A DNA stretch of 64,000 nt, taken from assembly GCA_963708025.1 (NCBI GenBank), contig CAVPSB010000013.1, positions 1 through 64,000 on the forward strand, written 5' to 3'. The position numbers were made by a program, and so were the translations under genes. Below the pieces are notes generated by a model. It saw only the letters and a program-made list of their open reading frames with translations. It did no database searches and was not told where the DNA came from. Positions 43,531-53,111 of the stretch are shown piece after piece. Positions within the stretch are counted from its first letter, which is position 1; each line of letters starts with the position of its first letter. Origin of the DNA: an uncultured Candidatus Rokubacteria bacterium (GTDB lineage: Bacteria; Methylomirabilota; Methylomirabilia; Rokubacteriales; DASRDR01).

Positions 43531-45570
43531 CCTCCCGAGGAGCAGGTTCCCCGCCGGATCGGGCAGGGCCGTCCAGCCCGGCGGGACGATCGTCGTGGTG
43601 TCCGCCTGCTCGACGATGGCGGGGCCGGCGATCGCCACGCCGGCCGGCAGCCGGCCGCGCTCGTAGAGCGGGGTGTCGTGCCAGGCGCCGCCGAACCAGG
43701 CCCGGCGCGTCCCCTTCCACGCGGCCGCCGGCGAGCCTTCGGCCGGCGGCCGCTGGCCGAGGCGCGGACGCGGCAGCGGGTAGCGGTGGACGACCCGCAG
43801 GTTCACGATCTCGACGGGGTCCTCCGGCCGGTGATGGCGGTAGACGCGCTGGTGCGCTGCGTGGAAGGCCGCCACGATGGACGGGACCGACTCCGGTGTC
43901 ACTGCCGCCGGCAGCGGCACTTCCAGCTCGTAGGCCTGGCCGACGTACCGCATGTCGGCGGAGAAGCCCACCTCCACGGCTTCCGGTGGCACCCGCTCGT
44001 CGCGCATCTTCGCGCGCCCCTGTCCGTCCAGCTCGGCCAGGATCCGCCGGATGGCGTCGCAGTCGGCCGCGCGCAGATCCTGCACCGCGGTGCGCGCGTG
44101 GGCGTGCTCGATGGCGGCCACCAGGAGGCCGAAGGCGGAGAGGACGCCTGGCGCTTCCGGCACGACGAGGTGCTCGATGGCCAGCTCCTCGGCGAGCGCC
44201 ACGCCGTGGACCGGTCCGGCTCCACCCAGGAGGACCAGGGCGAACTCGCGGGGGTCGTGGCCGCGCTCGATCGTGACCAGCCGGATCTGATCGGCCATCC
44301 GCGCGTTGATCACCCGGTGGATGCCGGCGGCAGCCGCCACCGGACGGAGCCCGAGGGGCGCCGCGACGGCGGCCACCGCGTCGTGGGCCAGCCGCGGGTC
44401 GAGCCTCAGGCTCCCCCCCGCGAAGTAGTCGGGGTCCAGGTAGCCGAGGACGACGCTGGCGTCGGTCACCGTCGCCCGGCTGCCGCCCTGCCCGTAGCAG
44501 GCGGGCCCCGGCTCGGCCCCGGCGCTCTGCGGTCCGACCCGCAGGCCGCCGGCCGCGTCGATCCAGGCCAGGCTGCCCCCGCCGGCCCCGATGGTGTTGA
44601 CGTCGACCATGGGCACCCGGACCGGGTACCCGGCGATGGCGCCACTCTGGCTGATGAGCGGGACCCCGCCCTGGACCAGCGCGACGTCGGAGCTGGTGCC
44701 GCCGATGTCGATCGAGATGATGTCGCGGTGACCCGACGCCGCCGCCGCGAAGAGAGCCCCGACCACGCCGGCCGCCGGCCCGGAAAAGACGAGCGACACC
44801 GGGCGGGCCGCCGCCAGGCGGGCCCCCGTGATGCCGCCGCGCGAGTGCATGATCTGGGCGCCGACGGCGATCCCCAGGCCCTTCAGCGCCCCATCGAGGC
44901 CGCCCAGGTAACGGGCGCAGATCGGCCGCAAGTAGGCGTCGAACGCGGTGACGCAGGACCGCTCGTACTCGCGGAACGTCGGATCGACCTCGCTCGACAG
45001 CGAGACCGCCAGATCGGGGTGCCGCCGGGCGATCAGCTCCCGGGTCCGCTCTTCGTGGGCGGGGCTGAGAAAGGCGAAGAGATAGCAGACCGCGATGGCC
45101 TCGATGCCCTCCGCCGCCCGCAGGCCCTCCACCGCCCGCAGCACGCCGGCCTCGTCCAGCGGCACGAGCACGCGGCCGGCGGCGTCCACCCGCTCCCGGA
45201 CGCCGACCCGGCGCCGCCGGGGGGCGAGGAAGATCGGGGTGTCGGCATCCATGTCGAGGTCGTACATGCGGGAGCGGCGCTGCCGGCCCAGCTCGAGAAC
45301 GTCCTCGAAGCCCTCGGTGGTGAGGACGGCGGTGATCGCGCCTTTCCGCTCGACGACCGCGTTCGTCGCCACCGTGGTCCCGTGGATGAAGCGGGTGACC
45401 TCGGCGGGGCGCGCCCCGGTCAACTGGAGGATCCGCGCCACCGCGTGCCGGATGCCGACCAGCAGGTCCTTGGGCGTGGACGGCACCTTGGTGAAGGCCA
45501 GCCGCTCGCGGTCGACGATGCCGACGATGTCGGTGAAGGTACCGCCGATGTCGACCCCGATCTCGATCAG
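43531..45570 (-). CDS. Hydantoinase/oxoprolinase subunit A; probable CTG start, no stop codon of its own
   Basis: (L)IEIGVDIGGTFTD, HGTTVATNA, SGPAAG, DIGGTS, DMRYVGQ. Confidence 0.9.
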
Positions 45571-45686
45571 TTCGGGACCTCCCGCCTACCCGATCCTTCG
45601 ACGGCCTTCGGCCTTTGGCCCCCCTCCCCCACCCACTGGGGGGAGGGGGGAGCCGGAGAGACGCATTCTCAGTTCACACGCTCTCG
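45567..45686 (-). repeat. Repeat family C, one module
   Basis: GAGAGCGTGTGAA...GGCGGGAGGTCCCGAACTGA on the minus strand. Confidence 0.88.
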
Positions 45687-46490
45687 GTCGGAGGACAGGG
45701 TAGGGACGGCGCTGCCGGTCGCCGGGGGTGGGCGGTAGCCGGCGAGGCGCCGGCGCGAGTCGGAGCCCAGGGCGCCCAGGAGCAGCGCGAGATGCCGGCT
45801 CGCCGGCGCCAGGTCGGCCTCCCCCGCCAGCGCGCCGAGGGACCCCTGGAACTCGGCGAGGTCGCCCGAGGAGAGCAGCCCCATCACGCGGTCGTCGAGC
45901 CACAGGTCGGGCGTCGCCGGCCACCGCTCGGCTCCGCGGCCCGGCCGGCAGCACACCGCGCCGCTCACGGCCAGGATCGCGCGCTTGCCGCCGGCCCGGA
46001 GCGCCGCCCCGATGGCCCGGCCCCAGCGGAGGGTCTCCGCGAGATCCGCCAGGTGACAGAGCGAGACGGGGACGATGGGAAACCGTCCACCGGGCGTCAG
46101 GTACCGGAGGGCGCTGACGGTGGCGTCGTCGAGGGGAAGCGCCAACTCCTCGGTGAGGACGACGGGGATCCGGGCGGCCCAGCCGGCCGTGACCAGCGCC
46201 CGCGCGGTCTCCGGGTCCCCCGGGAAGTCGTAGGGAACCGGAGGAACGGCATCGGACGCCTCCGTCCCGGTCAGCGTGCCGGAAAGGCGAGGGGAGCCCG
46301 CCACGTAGGTGTGGAAGGTCGTGACCCACTGGGCCGAGGCGAGGACGATCACGTCCGGGCTGAAGCGGGCCACCTCCTCGCCGAGGGCCCGGAGCCCGCG
46401 CAGCACGGGCTGAGCGGCCGCGCCGGCGCGGTCCGGGTCGGAGCCCCGCGGCGGGGACGGGACGAGCATGCCACGGAGGAGGTTGTCCAT
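45669..46490 (-). CDS. LigB/class III extradiol dioxygenase-like protein
   Basis: PDVIVLASAQW, YDFPGDPE, PIVPVS, ILAVSG. Confidence 0.7.
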   Translation of the reverse strand: MDNLLRGMLVPSPPRGSDPDRAGAAAQPVLRGLRALGEEVARFSPDVIVLASAQWVTTFHTYVAGSPRLSGTLTGTEASDAVPPVPYDFPGDPETARALVTAGWAARIPVVLTEELALPLDDATVSALRYLTPGGRFPIVPVSLCHLADLAETLRWGRAIGAALRAGGKRAILAVSGAVCCRPGRGAERWPATPDLWLDDRVMGLLSSGDLAEFQGSLGALAGEADLAPASRHLALLLGALGSDSRRRLAGYRPPPATGSAVPTLSSDRERVN

Positions 46491-46706
46491 CGTGTCGCGT
46501 CGCCCTCTTGCTCCAGATGGGAACAGGCGCTGAGGCCAGGCCCAACCGGCGGGATCAGGGCTATGACTAACACCCGCTCCCAGGGCTGTCAAGGCAGCCA
46601 GGGCGTTCCCCGGAAAGCTTGGTCCCCCGGGGCCCCCCTAGTACAATAGCGCCGGTTTTTCCCAGCCCAACGACTCGCGGGGCACGGCTCTCCGAGGGGG
46701 ACAGCG

Positions 46707-47813
46707 ATGGCGAAAGCGCGGTGGGCGGTGGTCGGCGTGCTGAGCGCGGTGGTGTGGCTGGGGGCCGAGGCCCCCGCTGCCGCCGTCGATGAGGTGTTCC
46801 TGCGCAACGGCGGGCGGGTCCACGGTGAGCTGGACGACGGTGCCCTCACCCTCCAGACCCCGCAGGGCGCGTATAAGGTGGGTCGCCAGCGGGCCTGGCG
46901 GCTGATCCTCGGCCAGGGCACGACCGGCGACTCGGTGGATCTGCGGAACGGCAACCGGCTCTCCGGCCGGCTCGACGCGCCGCGCTACACCCTGCGGGTC
47001 GCCGGGGGCGAGGCGCGGGCATTCGGCAGGGCGGAGGTCATGTGGATCAAGCTCGGCCCGCCGGCCGCTCCCGGCACCGGCCAGGTCACCGACGTCCTGA
47101 CCCTGAGGAACGGAGACTCCGTCTACGGCCAGGTGACGCCCTCGGAGCTCGCGCTGGCGCTCCCGACCGGAACCCAGCGCTACGGTCGGGACGCGGTCTG
47201 GGGGGTCCGCCTCAACTCCGCGACCGGGGACACGCTGCAGCTCCTGAACGGGGGCCAGCTCTCGGGGATCGTGGCTGAGCCGCGGTACGAGGTGAGGACG
47301 CCCGACGGGCAGACGGTGGCCTTCGGGCGCGACGAGGTGCGGTCGATCGTGTTCCAGCCGCCCCCCAGGCCGCGTGCCGCGGCCGCCGCGCCGGCGCCGC
47401 GAGCCCTCGCCGCCACGCCGCCCCCGGCGGCCGCCCCGCCCCCGGCGGCGCCCGCGCCCCTGCCGCCGGCGGTCCGGGCCGTCCTCCGCGACCTCCAGTT
47501 CGAGTTCGATCGGTGGGAGCTGACCCCGGAGGCCCGGCGCACCCTCGAAGAGCTGGCGACGGCGATGAAGGCGTATCCGGAGCTGCGGCTCACCGTCGAG
47601 GGGCACGCCGACGAGCGGGGGACCAGCGAGTACAACCTGGCGCTCGGCTCCCGCCGCGCCCAGTCGGCCCGGGACTACCTGGTCAGCCTCGGCATCGCGG
47701 CCGAGCGGCTCGAGACCACCTCGTACGGCGAGGAGCGACCGGTCGATCCGGCTCACAACGAGATCGCCTGGGCGCTCAACCGCCGGGCGCACTTCGTGGT
47801 GAAGGCCCCGTGA
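46707..47813 (+). CDS. Secreted protein with repeated beta-rich units, a Pro/Ala linker and an OmpA/Pal-like C-terminal domain
   Basis: FEFDRWEL, EGHADERGTSEYNLALGSRRA, SYGEERP, NRRAHF. Confidence 0.88.
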   Translation: MAKARWAVVGVLSAVVWLGAEAPAAAVDEVFLRNGGRVHGELDDGALTLQTPQGAYKVGRQRAWRLILGQGTTGDSVDLRNGNRLSGRLDAPRYTLRVAGGEARAFGRAEVMWIKLGPPAAPGTGQVTDVLTLRNGDSVYGQVTPSELALALPTGTQRYGRDAVWGVRLNSATGDTLQLLNGGQLSGIVAEPRYEVRTPDGQTVAFGRDEVRSIVFQPPPRPRAAAAAPAPRALAATPPPAAAPPPAAPAPLPPAVRAVLRDLQFEFDRWELTPEARRTLEELATAMKAYPELRLTVEGHADERGTSEYNLALGSRRAQSARDYLVSLGIAAERLETTSYGEERPVDPAHNEIAWALNRRAHFVVKAP

Positions 47814-48460
47814 AAGCCGTACGGCTCGCCGCCGTGGTGGGTGGGCTGGTGCTGATCGGGCTGGTCCTGCCGGCCCCGGTCGTGGCCCAGGGCGCCAAGT
47901 CGCCGGAGCCGGCGGTCGGCGCCTGGGCCAGCTATCGCTGGACCTCGACGCTCAGCCAGACGGTGCCGGTGCTGGTGCAGCAGACCGGCGCCGGCGGGCG
48001 GGTGGCCTGGTCGGTCTCCCAGGAGTCGGTCACCCCCGGGCCCCTCGTCGTGACGTACGGCGTGGTCCGCGCCGACCGCGGGAGCTACACGCTGCAGATC
48101 GTGACGCAGGTGGGTCCCGATGCACCGCCGCTCTCGGTCACCCAGGTGACCGTGGACCGAGCCTCCGGGAAGGCCCGGCGCAGCGTCATCCGTGGGCCGA
48201 AGGGCCCCGTCGCCACCCCCGAGTCGGTGCTCCGGCCCTTCCGGGAGGCCGCTGTCGCGCAGGGCCGGCGCGAGGAGGTCGTGGTGCCGGCGGGTCGCCT
48301 GACCGCCGCCCACGGCACGGCCCTGGGGGCGGAGGTCTGGGTCGCCGACACGGTGCCGGTTCTGGCCCTGGTCAAGGCGGTGTGGCGCGACGGGATGCTG
48401 GAGCTCGTGAGCAGCGGTCAGAGCGGCGCCAAGGATCTCCTCAAACCCGGCTCGCAGTAG
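47810..48460 (+). CDS. Secreted hypothetical protein
   Basis: GTGA overlap; signal peptide ending VVA-Q. Confidence 0.65.
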   Translation: MKAVRLAAVVGGLVLIGLVLPAPVVAQGAKSPEPAVGAWASYRWTSTLSQTVPVLVQQTGAGGRVAWSVSQESVTPGPLVVTYGVVRADRGSYTLQIVTQVGPDAPPLSVTQVTVDRASGKARRSVIRGPKGPVATPESVLRPFREAAVAQGRREEVVVPAGRLTAAHGTALGAEVWVADTVPVLALVKAVWRDGMLELVSSGQSGAKDLLKPGSQ

Positions 48461-48478
48461 GGGAGGCCAGCTACGACC

Positions 48479-48844
48479 ATGGGCTCGATCGCGCGCGCGC
48501 GGCTCGTTCCGCTCCTTCTCGGCGTCCTGCTGACCGGCGCGGCGGCGTTGTCGCCGGCCCACGCAGACACGCTGGTCCTCACCAACGGCGATCTCCTCTA
48601 CGGGCGGCTCGACGTCACCCAGCTTCCCGTCGCCACGCCCGGCGGGGTGGTCCAGGTGTCAACGGCCGACGTCGCCGACGTCGAGCTCAGCACGATCGCC
48701 GGCGCCGACGTGCTCCGCTACAAGAACGGGACCGCGGTGGGCGGCATCGTCGACCCCCTAGCGTACACGATGCGGCTCGCGTCGGGTCAGACGGTCGTGA
48801 TCGAGCGCTGGCGGGTGAAGGCGATCAAGTTCCGGACCCGCTAA
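48479..48844 (+). CDS. Secreted hypothetical protein resembling the OmpA protein's N-terminal units
   Basis: AHA-DTLVLTNGDLLYGRL; DVLRYKNGTAVGG. Confidence 0.7.
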   Translation: MGSIARARLVPLLLGVLLTGAAALSPAHADTLVLTNGDLLYGRLDVTQLPVATPGGVVQVSTADVADVELSTIAGADVLRYKNGTAVGGIVDPLAYTMRLASGQTVVIERWRVKAIKFRTR

Positions 48845-48847
48845 TCT

Positions 48848-48940
48848 CTTCGGGGGGGTCTCGGGAAGACCCCCCGATGCCCCCCCTCGGTTGCGCCGGC
48901 AAGCCGGCGCTCTGAAGCCGCTCCCCGCCGAGCACGGCAG
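48848..48940 (+). repeat. Repeat family B
   Basis: CTTCGGGGGGGTCTCGGGAAGACCCCCCGATG...GCGCCGGCAAGCCGGCGC. Confidence 0.85.
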
Positions 48941-49092
48941 GCCGAAGATCTCCGCTCACTTTGGACATGCCCCTGGCTTATTCGTTCTCCTTCCCTCCGG
49001 CCGTCCGGGGCCGCGCCGGACGGCCCCTCGACCCGCGTGTTACCATGGCCGAAGTGGGGACGATCCACGCGCGCACTGCAGGAGGCACGGTC

Positions 49093-50119
49093 ATGGGCCA
49101 CCCCCGGATCCTCGCCGTCGGGACGGCCGTGCCGGCCACCCGGTTCGACCAGTCGGATCTCCTGGCGCTCGCCGGCTACGACGACGCGCAGCGGCGCGGC
49201 TTCTTCCTCCGTAGCGGGATCGACGGGCGCCACCTCTACATGGACGCGGCCCGGCCCCGGGCCGACGAGAGCGTCGAACGAGCTGACGGCACGCTTCCAG
49301 GAGGGAAGCGTGACCCTCGGGGCCCAGGCGGTCCGGACCTGCCTCGAGCGGGCGAACGCCGACGTCGGCGACGTGGACTTCCTCGCCACCACGACGTGCA
49401 CGGGGCGACTCTGTCCGAGCCTGGACGCCCACCTGATCCGGACGCTCGGCTTCCGCGAGGACGTGCAGCGGGTCCACGTCGGCGACACCGGGTGCGCGAG
49501 CGCGGTGGTCGCTCTCCAGCAGGCGCACAACTACCTGCGCGCCTTCCCGGGCCACCGGGCCCTGGTGGTGGCCGCCGAGATCTGCTCGGCCACCTACGTG
49601 CTGGACGGTGCCCTCGAGACCGCGGTGGCGAACGCCATCTTCGCCGACGGCGCCGGCGCGCTGCTCCTGGGCACCGAGGGGGCGGGGGTCGAGGTCGTCG
49701 GCCACCGCACGCTCATCCGCTCCGAGCACCTGGACCGGATGGGCTTCACCTTCCCCGGCGGGCGTCACCGCGTCCTCCTCAGCAAGGAGATCCGCCGGAT
49801 CGCGCCGGCCATGATGGAGGAGGTCGCGATGCGCCTCCTCAAGGACCATGGGCTCCGGCGCGAGGACGTGCGGTTCTGGGTCCTGCACTCGGCCGGGCGC
49901 CGGGTCATCGAGCGGGCCCAGACCGCGCTCGGCCTCCCCGACTCGGACCTCGTCTTCTCCCGCGAGGTGCTGCGGCGGTTCGGCAACATGTCGTCGGCGA
50001 CGGTGCTCTTCGTGCTCGACGAGGTGCTGCGCACCGGCCACCCGGAGCCCGGCGACTGGGGGGTGATGGTCGCCCTCGGTCCCGGCTTCGCGGCGGAAGG
50101 CGCGCTCCTCCGGTGGTGA
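49093..50119 (+). CDS. Type III polyketide synthase, frameshift at ~49280
   Basis: Cys (DTGCAS), His (VLHSAG), Asn (FGNMSS); ALGPGF. Confidence 0.92.
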
Positions 50120-50229
50120 GGACATCGAAGGGGATTCGGAAGGCCCCCGCATCGAGGGGAACTCGGAAGGCCCCGGCGAGGTCCCGCCGGGCTCTTCGCG
50201 GGCTCTGAGCGGGCGGCGGCGATCGGCGG

Positions 50230-50964
50230 ATGCTTCGCGCCCTTCGCCCCCTGCCCCGTGAGGTGACCCGGCTCGAGCTGCTCGACCGGCCCGGCGCCCC
50301 GTCCTCCGAGCTCGCGGAGAGCCTCGCCGACATCGGCCGCCTCAACCGCCTCGGCCCGACCCGGAGCCTCCTCGACCGCGTCGCGCCGTTCCTGGACCGC
50401 TTCCGCCAGGAGGGACACCGGCGGCCCTTCCGCGTGCTCGACATCGGCACTGGCGGAGCCGACATCCCCGTCGCGCTCGCCGGGTGGGCGCGGGCTCGCG
50501 GCTGCCCGGTCACGGTGCTCGCGCTCGACGCCCAGCCCGAGGTCCTGGCCTGCGTGGCGCCTTCCGCGCGGCGGCTCGCCGAGGTGCGCCTGGTCGCCGG
50601 CGACGCCCGCCACCTGCCCATCCGGCCCCACGGGGTGGACCTCGCCCTCTGCTCGCTGACCCTCCACCACCTTCCGGAGAGCGGCGTGGTCACCCTGCTC
50701 CGCCTGATGGCCGACACCGCCCGGCTCGGCTTCGTGGTCAGCGATCTCCGGCGGAGCCGCTCGGCGTACCTGGGCGCCTGGCTCGCCACACGCCTCATCT
50801 CGCGGAACCGCTTCACTCGTCACGACGGCCCGCTCTCGGTGCGCCGCGCCTTCACGCCGGACGAGCTGCGCGCCCTCTCGGCCGCCGCCACGCTGCCAGA
50901 CGTTCGGTGGCACCGGGCGCCGATGTTCCGGGTCATCGGAGTGTACGCGAATGGCGCGGGTTGA
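50230..50964 (+). CDS. SAM-dependent methyltransferase
   Basis: VLDIGTGGADI, CSLTLHH, HDGPLSVRRAFT. Confidence 0.88.
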   Translation: MLRALRPLPREVTRLELLDRPGAPSSELAESLADIGRLNRLGPTRSLLDRVAPFLDRFRQEGHRRPFRVLDIGTGGADIPVALAGWARARGCPVTVLALDAQPEVLACVAPSARRLAEVRLVAGDARHLPIRPHGVDLALCSLTLHHLPESGVVTLLRLMADTARLGFVVSDLRRSRSAYLGAWLATRLISRNRFTRHDGPLSVRRAFTPDELRALSAAATLPDVRWHRAPMFRVIGVYANGAG

Positions 50965-52172
50965 CGTCGTGGTGGTGGGGGCCGGCCCGGCCGGCGCCGC
51001 CACCGCCATCCTGCTGGCCGAGGCCGGCCACGAGGTGGTGCTGCTCGACCGCGCGCGCTTCCCGCGGGACAAGGTCTGCGGCGAGTACCTGTCGCCGGAA
51101 GGGAGCCGGATCCTCGACCGCCTCGGGGTGCTGAAGGCGGTGGAAGCGGCCGGCGCCCGGCCGCTCCGCGGCATGCGGATCGTCGCGCCGGACGGCACCA
51201 CGCTGATCGGCGACTACCCGCGGAGCGGCCGCTGGCGCGGCTACCGCGATCACGCCCTCGCGGTCCGGCGCCTGGCCTTCGACGCCGTCCTGGTCGAGCG
51301 CGCCCGGGCGCTGCCGGTCACGGTGCGCGAAGGCTTCCGGGTCACCGGGCTCGTCCGGGACGGCGCGGGCGTGGCCGGGGTGGAGGGCATCCCGGAGGGG
51401 ACCGCGGGACCAGTGGAGCGCCTCGACGCCCGCCTCGTGGTCGGCGCCGACGGGCGCGCCTCGGTCGTCGCCCGCCGCCTCGACCTCGTCCGCCCCCATC
51501 GCTGGCTCCGGCGGCTCGCTCTCATGACCCATGCCGAGGGGGTCGTCCACGACGCCGAGCGCGGCGAGATCTTCCTGGCCCCGCCGGCTTACTCGATCGT
51601 CAACCCCGTGGGTGACGGGCAGGTGAACCTGAGCCTCGTGGTGCCGGCGGCCGAGGGCGTCCGTCACAAGGCGGACCTCGCCGGCTACTTCGACCGCACG
51701 CTGGCCACGCTCCCCCGCCTCCGCGACCGGCTCGGCGGGGCGCCATCGGGTGCGCCCGGTGCGGGCCCTCGGCCCCCTCGCCTACCGGGTGGCGCCGCCG
51801 CGCCACGACGGCGTCCTCCTGGTCGGGGACGCCTTCGGCTTCCTCGACCCGTTCACCGGCGAGGGCATCTTCGCCGCGCTCCGCTCCGCGGAGGTGGCCG
51901 GCGAGGTCGCCGACGCCGCGCTGCGGGCCGGCGACTGCTCGGCGGCGGCGCTGGCACCGGCCCACGCGCGGCGCCGGGCGGCGCTCGCGGGCAAGGAGCG
52001 CCTCGCGATCCTGCTCCAGCGGCTGATCGCACGCCGGTGGCTGGCGGTCCGCGTGGCCCGCCGGCTGGCGGCGCATCCCGAGGCGCTCGAGCTGCTCATG
52101 GGCGTCATCGGCGATTTCGTCCCGCCGGCTGCGGTGCTCTCGCCGCGGTTCGTCGCGCGGCTCTGCCGGTGA
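50951..52172 (+). CDS. FAD-dependent oxidoreductase (geranylgeranyl reductase/monooxygenase-like), frameshift at ~51745
   Basis: VVGAGPAG, FPRDKVCGE, VGADG, VGDAFGFLDPFTGEGI. Confidence 0.88.
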
Positions 52173-52999
52173 GCCCCGACCCGGGTCGCTTCGCGAGGCT
52201 GGCCGGGGCGGCCGAGGGGACCGTCCGCCTGGCGGAGGCGGCCCTGTGGGTGGCGGCCGAGGAGTACCCGGAGCTCGACATCGCGGCCTGGCTCCGCCGG
52301 CTCGACACGCTCGGGGACGCCGCCCGGCGCCGCATCCCGTCGGAGGCGACGGCCGACGAGGCGGCGGCCGCGCTCCGGGCGCTGCTCGCCGAGGAGGAAG
52401 GGCTCCGCGGCAACGCCGAGGACTACTACGATCCGCGCAACAGCTTCCTGAACGACGTGCTCGAGCGGCGGCTCGGGATCCCGATCACGCTCTCCGTGAT
52501 CTACATCGACGTCGCCGCCCGGGCCGGCGTGAGCGTCCGCGGGGTCGGCCTGCCCGGCCATTTCATCGTCCGGCTCACCCGCCACGGGGCGGCCCGTCTG
52601 CTCGATCCCTTCAACGGCGGCGTGGTCATCGGCGAGGCCGACTGCCACGCCCTCGTGCGGCGGGTGCGCGGGCCGGACGCCGGGTTCGACGCGGCGTACG
52701 TCCGCCCCGTCACGACCGCGGAGATCGTCGCCCGGATGCTCGCCAACCTCAAGGCCATCTATACCGGCCGGGGCGACTGGCCGCCGGCGCTCCGCACCGT
52801 CGAGTGCCTGGTCGCGCTCCAACCCGAGGCGCTGGGCGAGGTCCGCGATCGCGGATCGATCCACGGCAAGCTGGGAGACGCCCGGGCGGCCATCCGCGAC
52901 TGGGAGCGCTATCTCCGTGCCGCCCCGGAGGCGGCCGACGCGGACGACGTTCGCCAGCGCCTGCGCGCGCTTCGCCAGTCGCTCGGCGTCCTCAACTAG
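52169..52999 (+). CDS. SirB1-like transglutaminase/TPR protein
   Basis: GNAEDYYDPRNSFLNDVLERRLGIPITLS, LPGHF, DPFNGG. Confidence 0.88.
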   Translation: MSPDPGRFARLAGAAEGTVRLAEAALWVAAEEYPELDIAAWLRRLDTLGDAARRRIPSEATADEAAAALRALLAEEEGLRGNAEDYYDPRNSFLNDVLERRLGIPITLSVIYIDVAARAGVSVRGVGLPGHFIVRLTRHGAARLLDPFNGGVVIGEADCHALVRRVRGPDAGFDAAYVRPVTTAEIVARMLANLKAIYTGRGDWPPALRTVECLVALQPEALGEVRDRGSIHGKLGDARAAIRDWERYLRAAPEAADADDVRQRLRALRQSLGVLN

Positions 53000-53111
53000 G
53001 CTCTCCAGGCAGTGGGACCGCGACCGCCGGCATGTCCCATCTGGGACGGAGCGGAAAGCTTGGTCGGCCGGGCCGGGGCCGGGTATGTTGAAACCCTGAT
53101 CGGCAACTACC

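Noticed and set aside
40858-45686. The 20-bp module repeats as a CRISPR array
   Set aside because: There are no regular unique spacers, the copies are dispersed, and no cas genes are present.
50951-52999. Apparent oxidoreductase-SirB1 fusion (682 aa)
   Set aside because: Caused by the frameshift at ~51745; each gene has its own stop/start in a GTGA overlap at 52169-52172.
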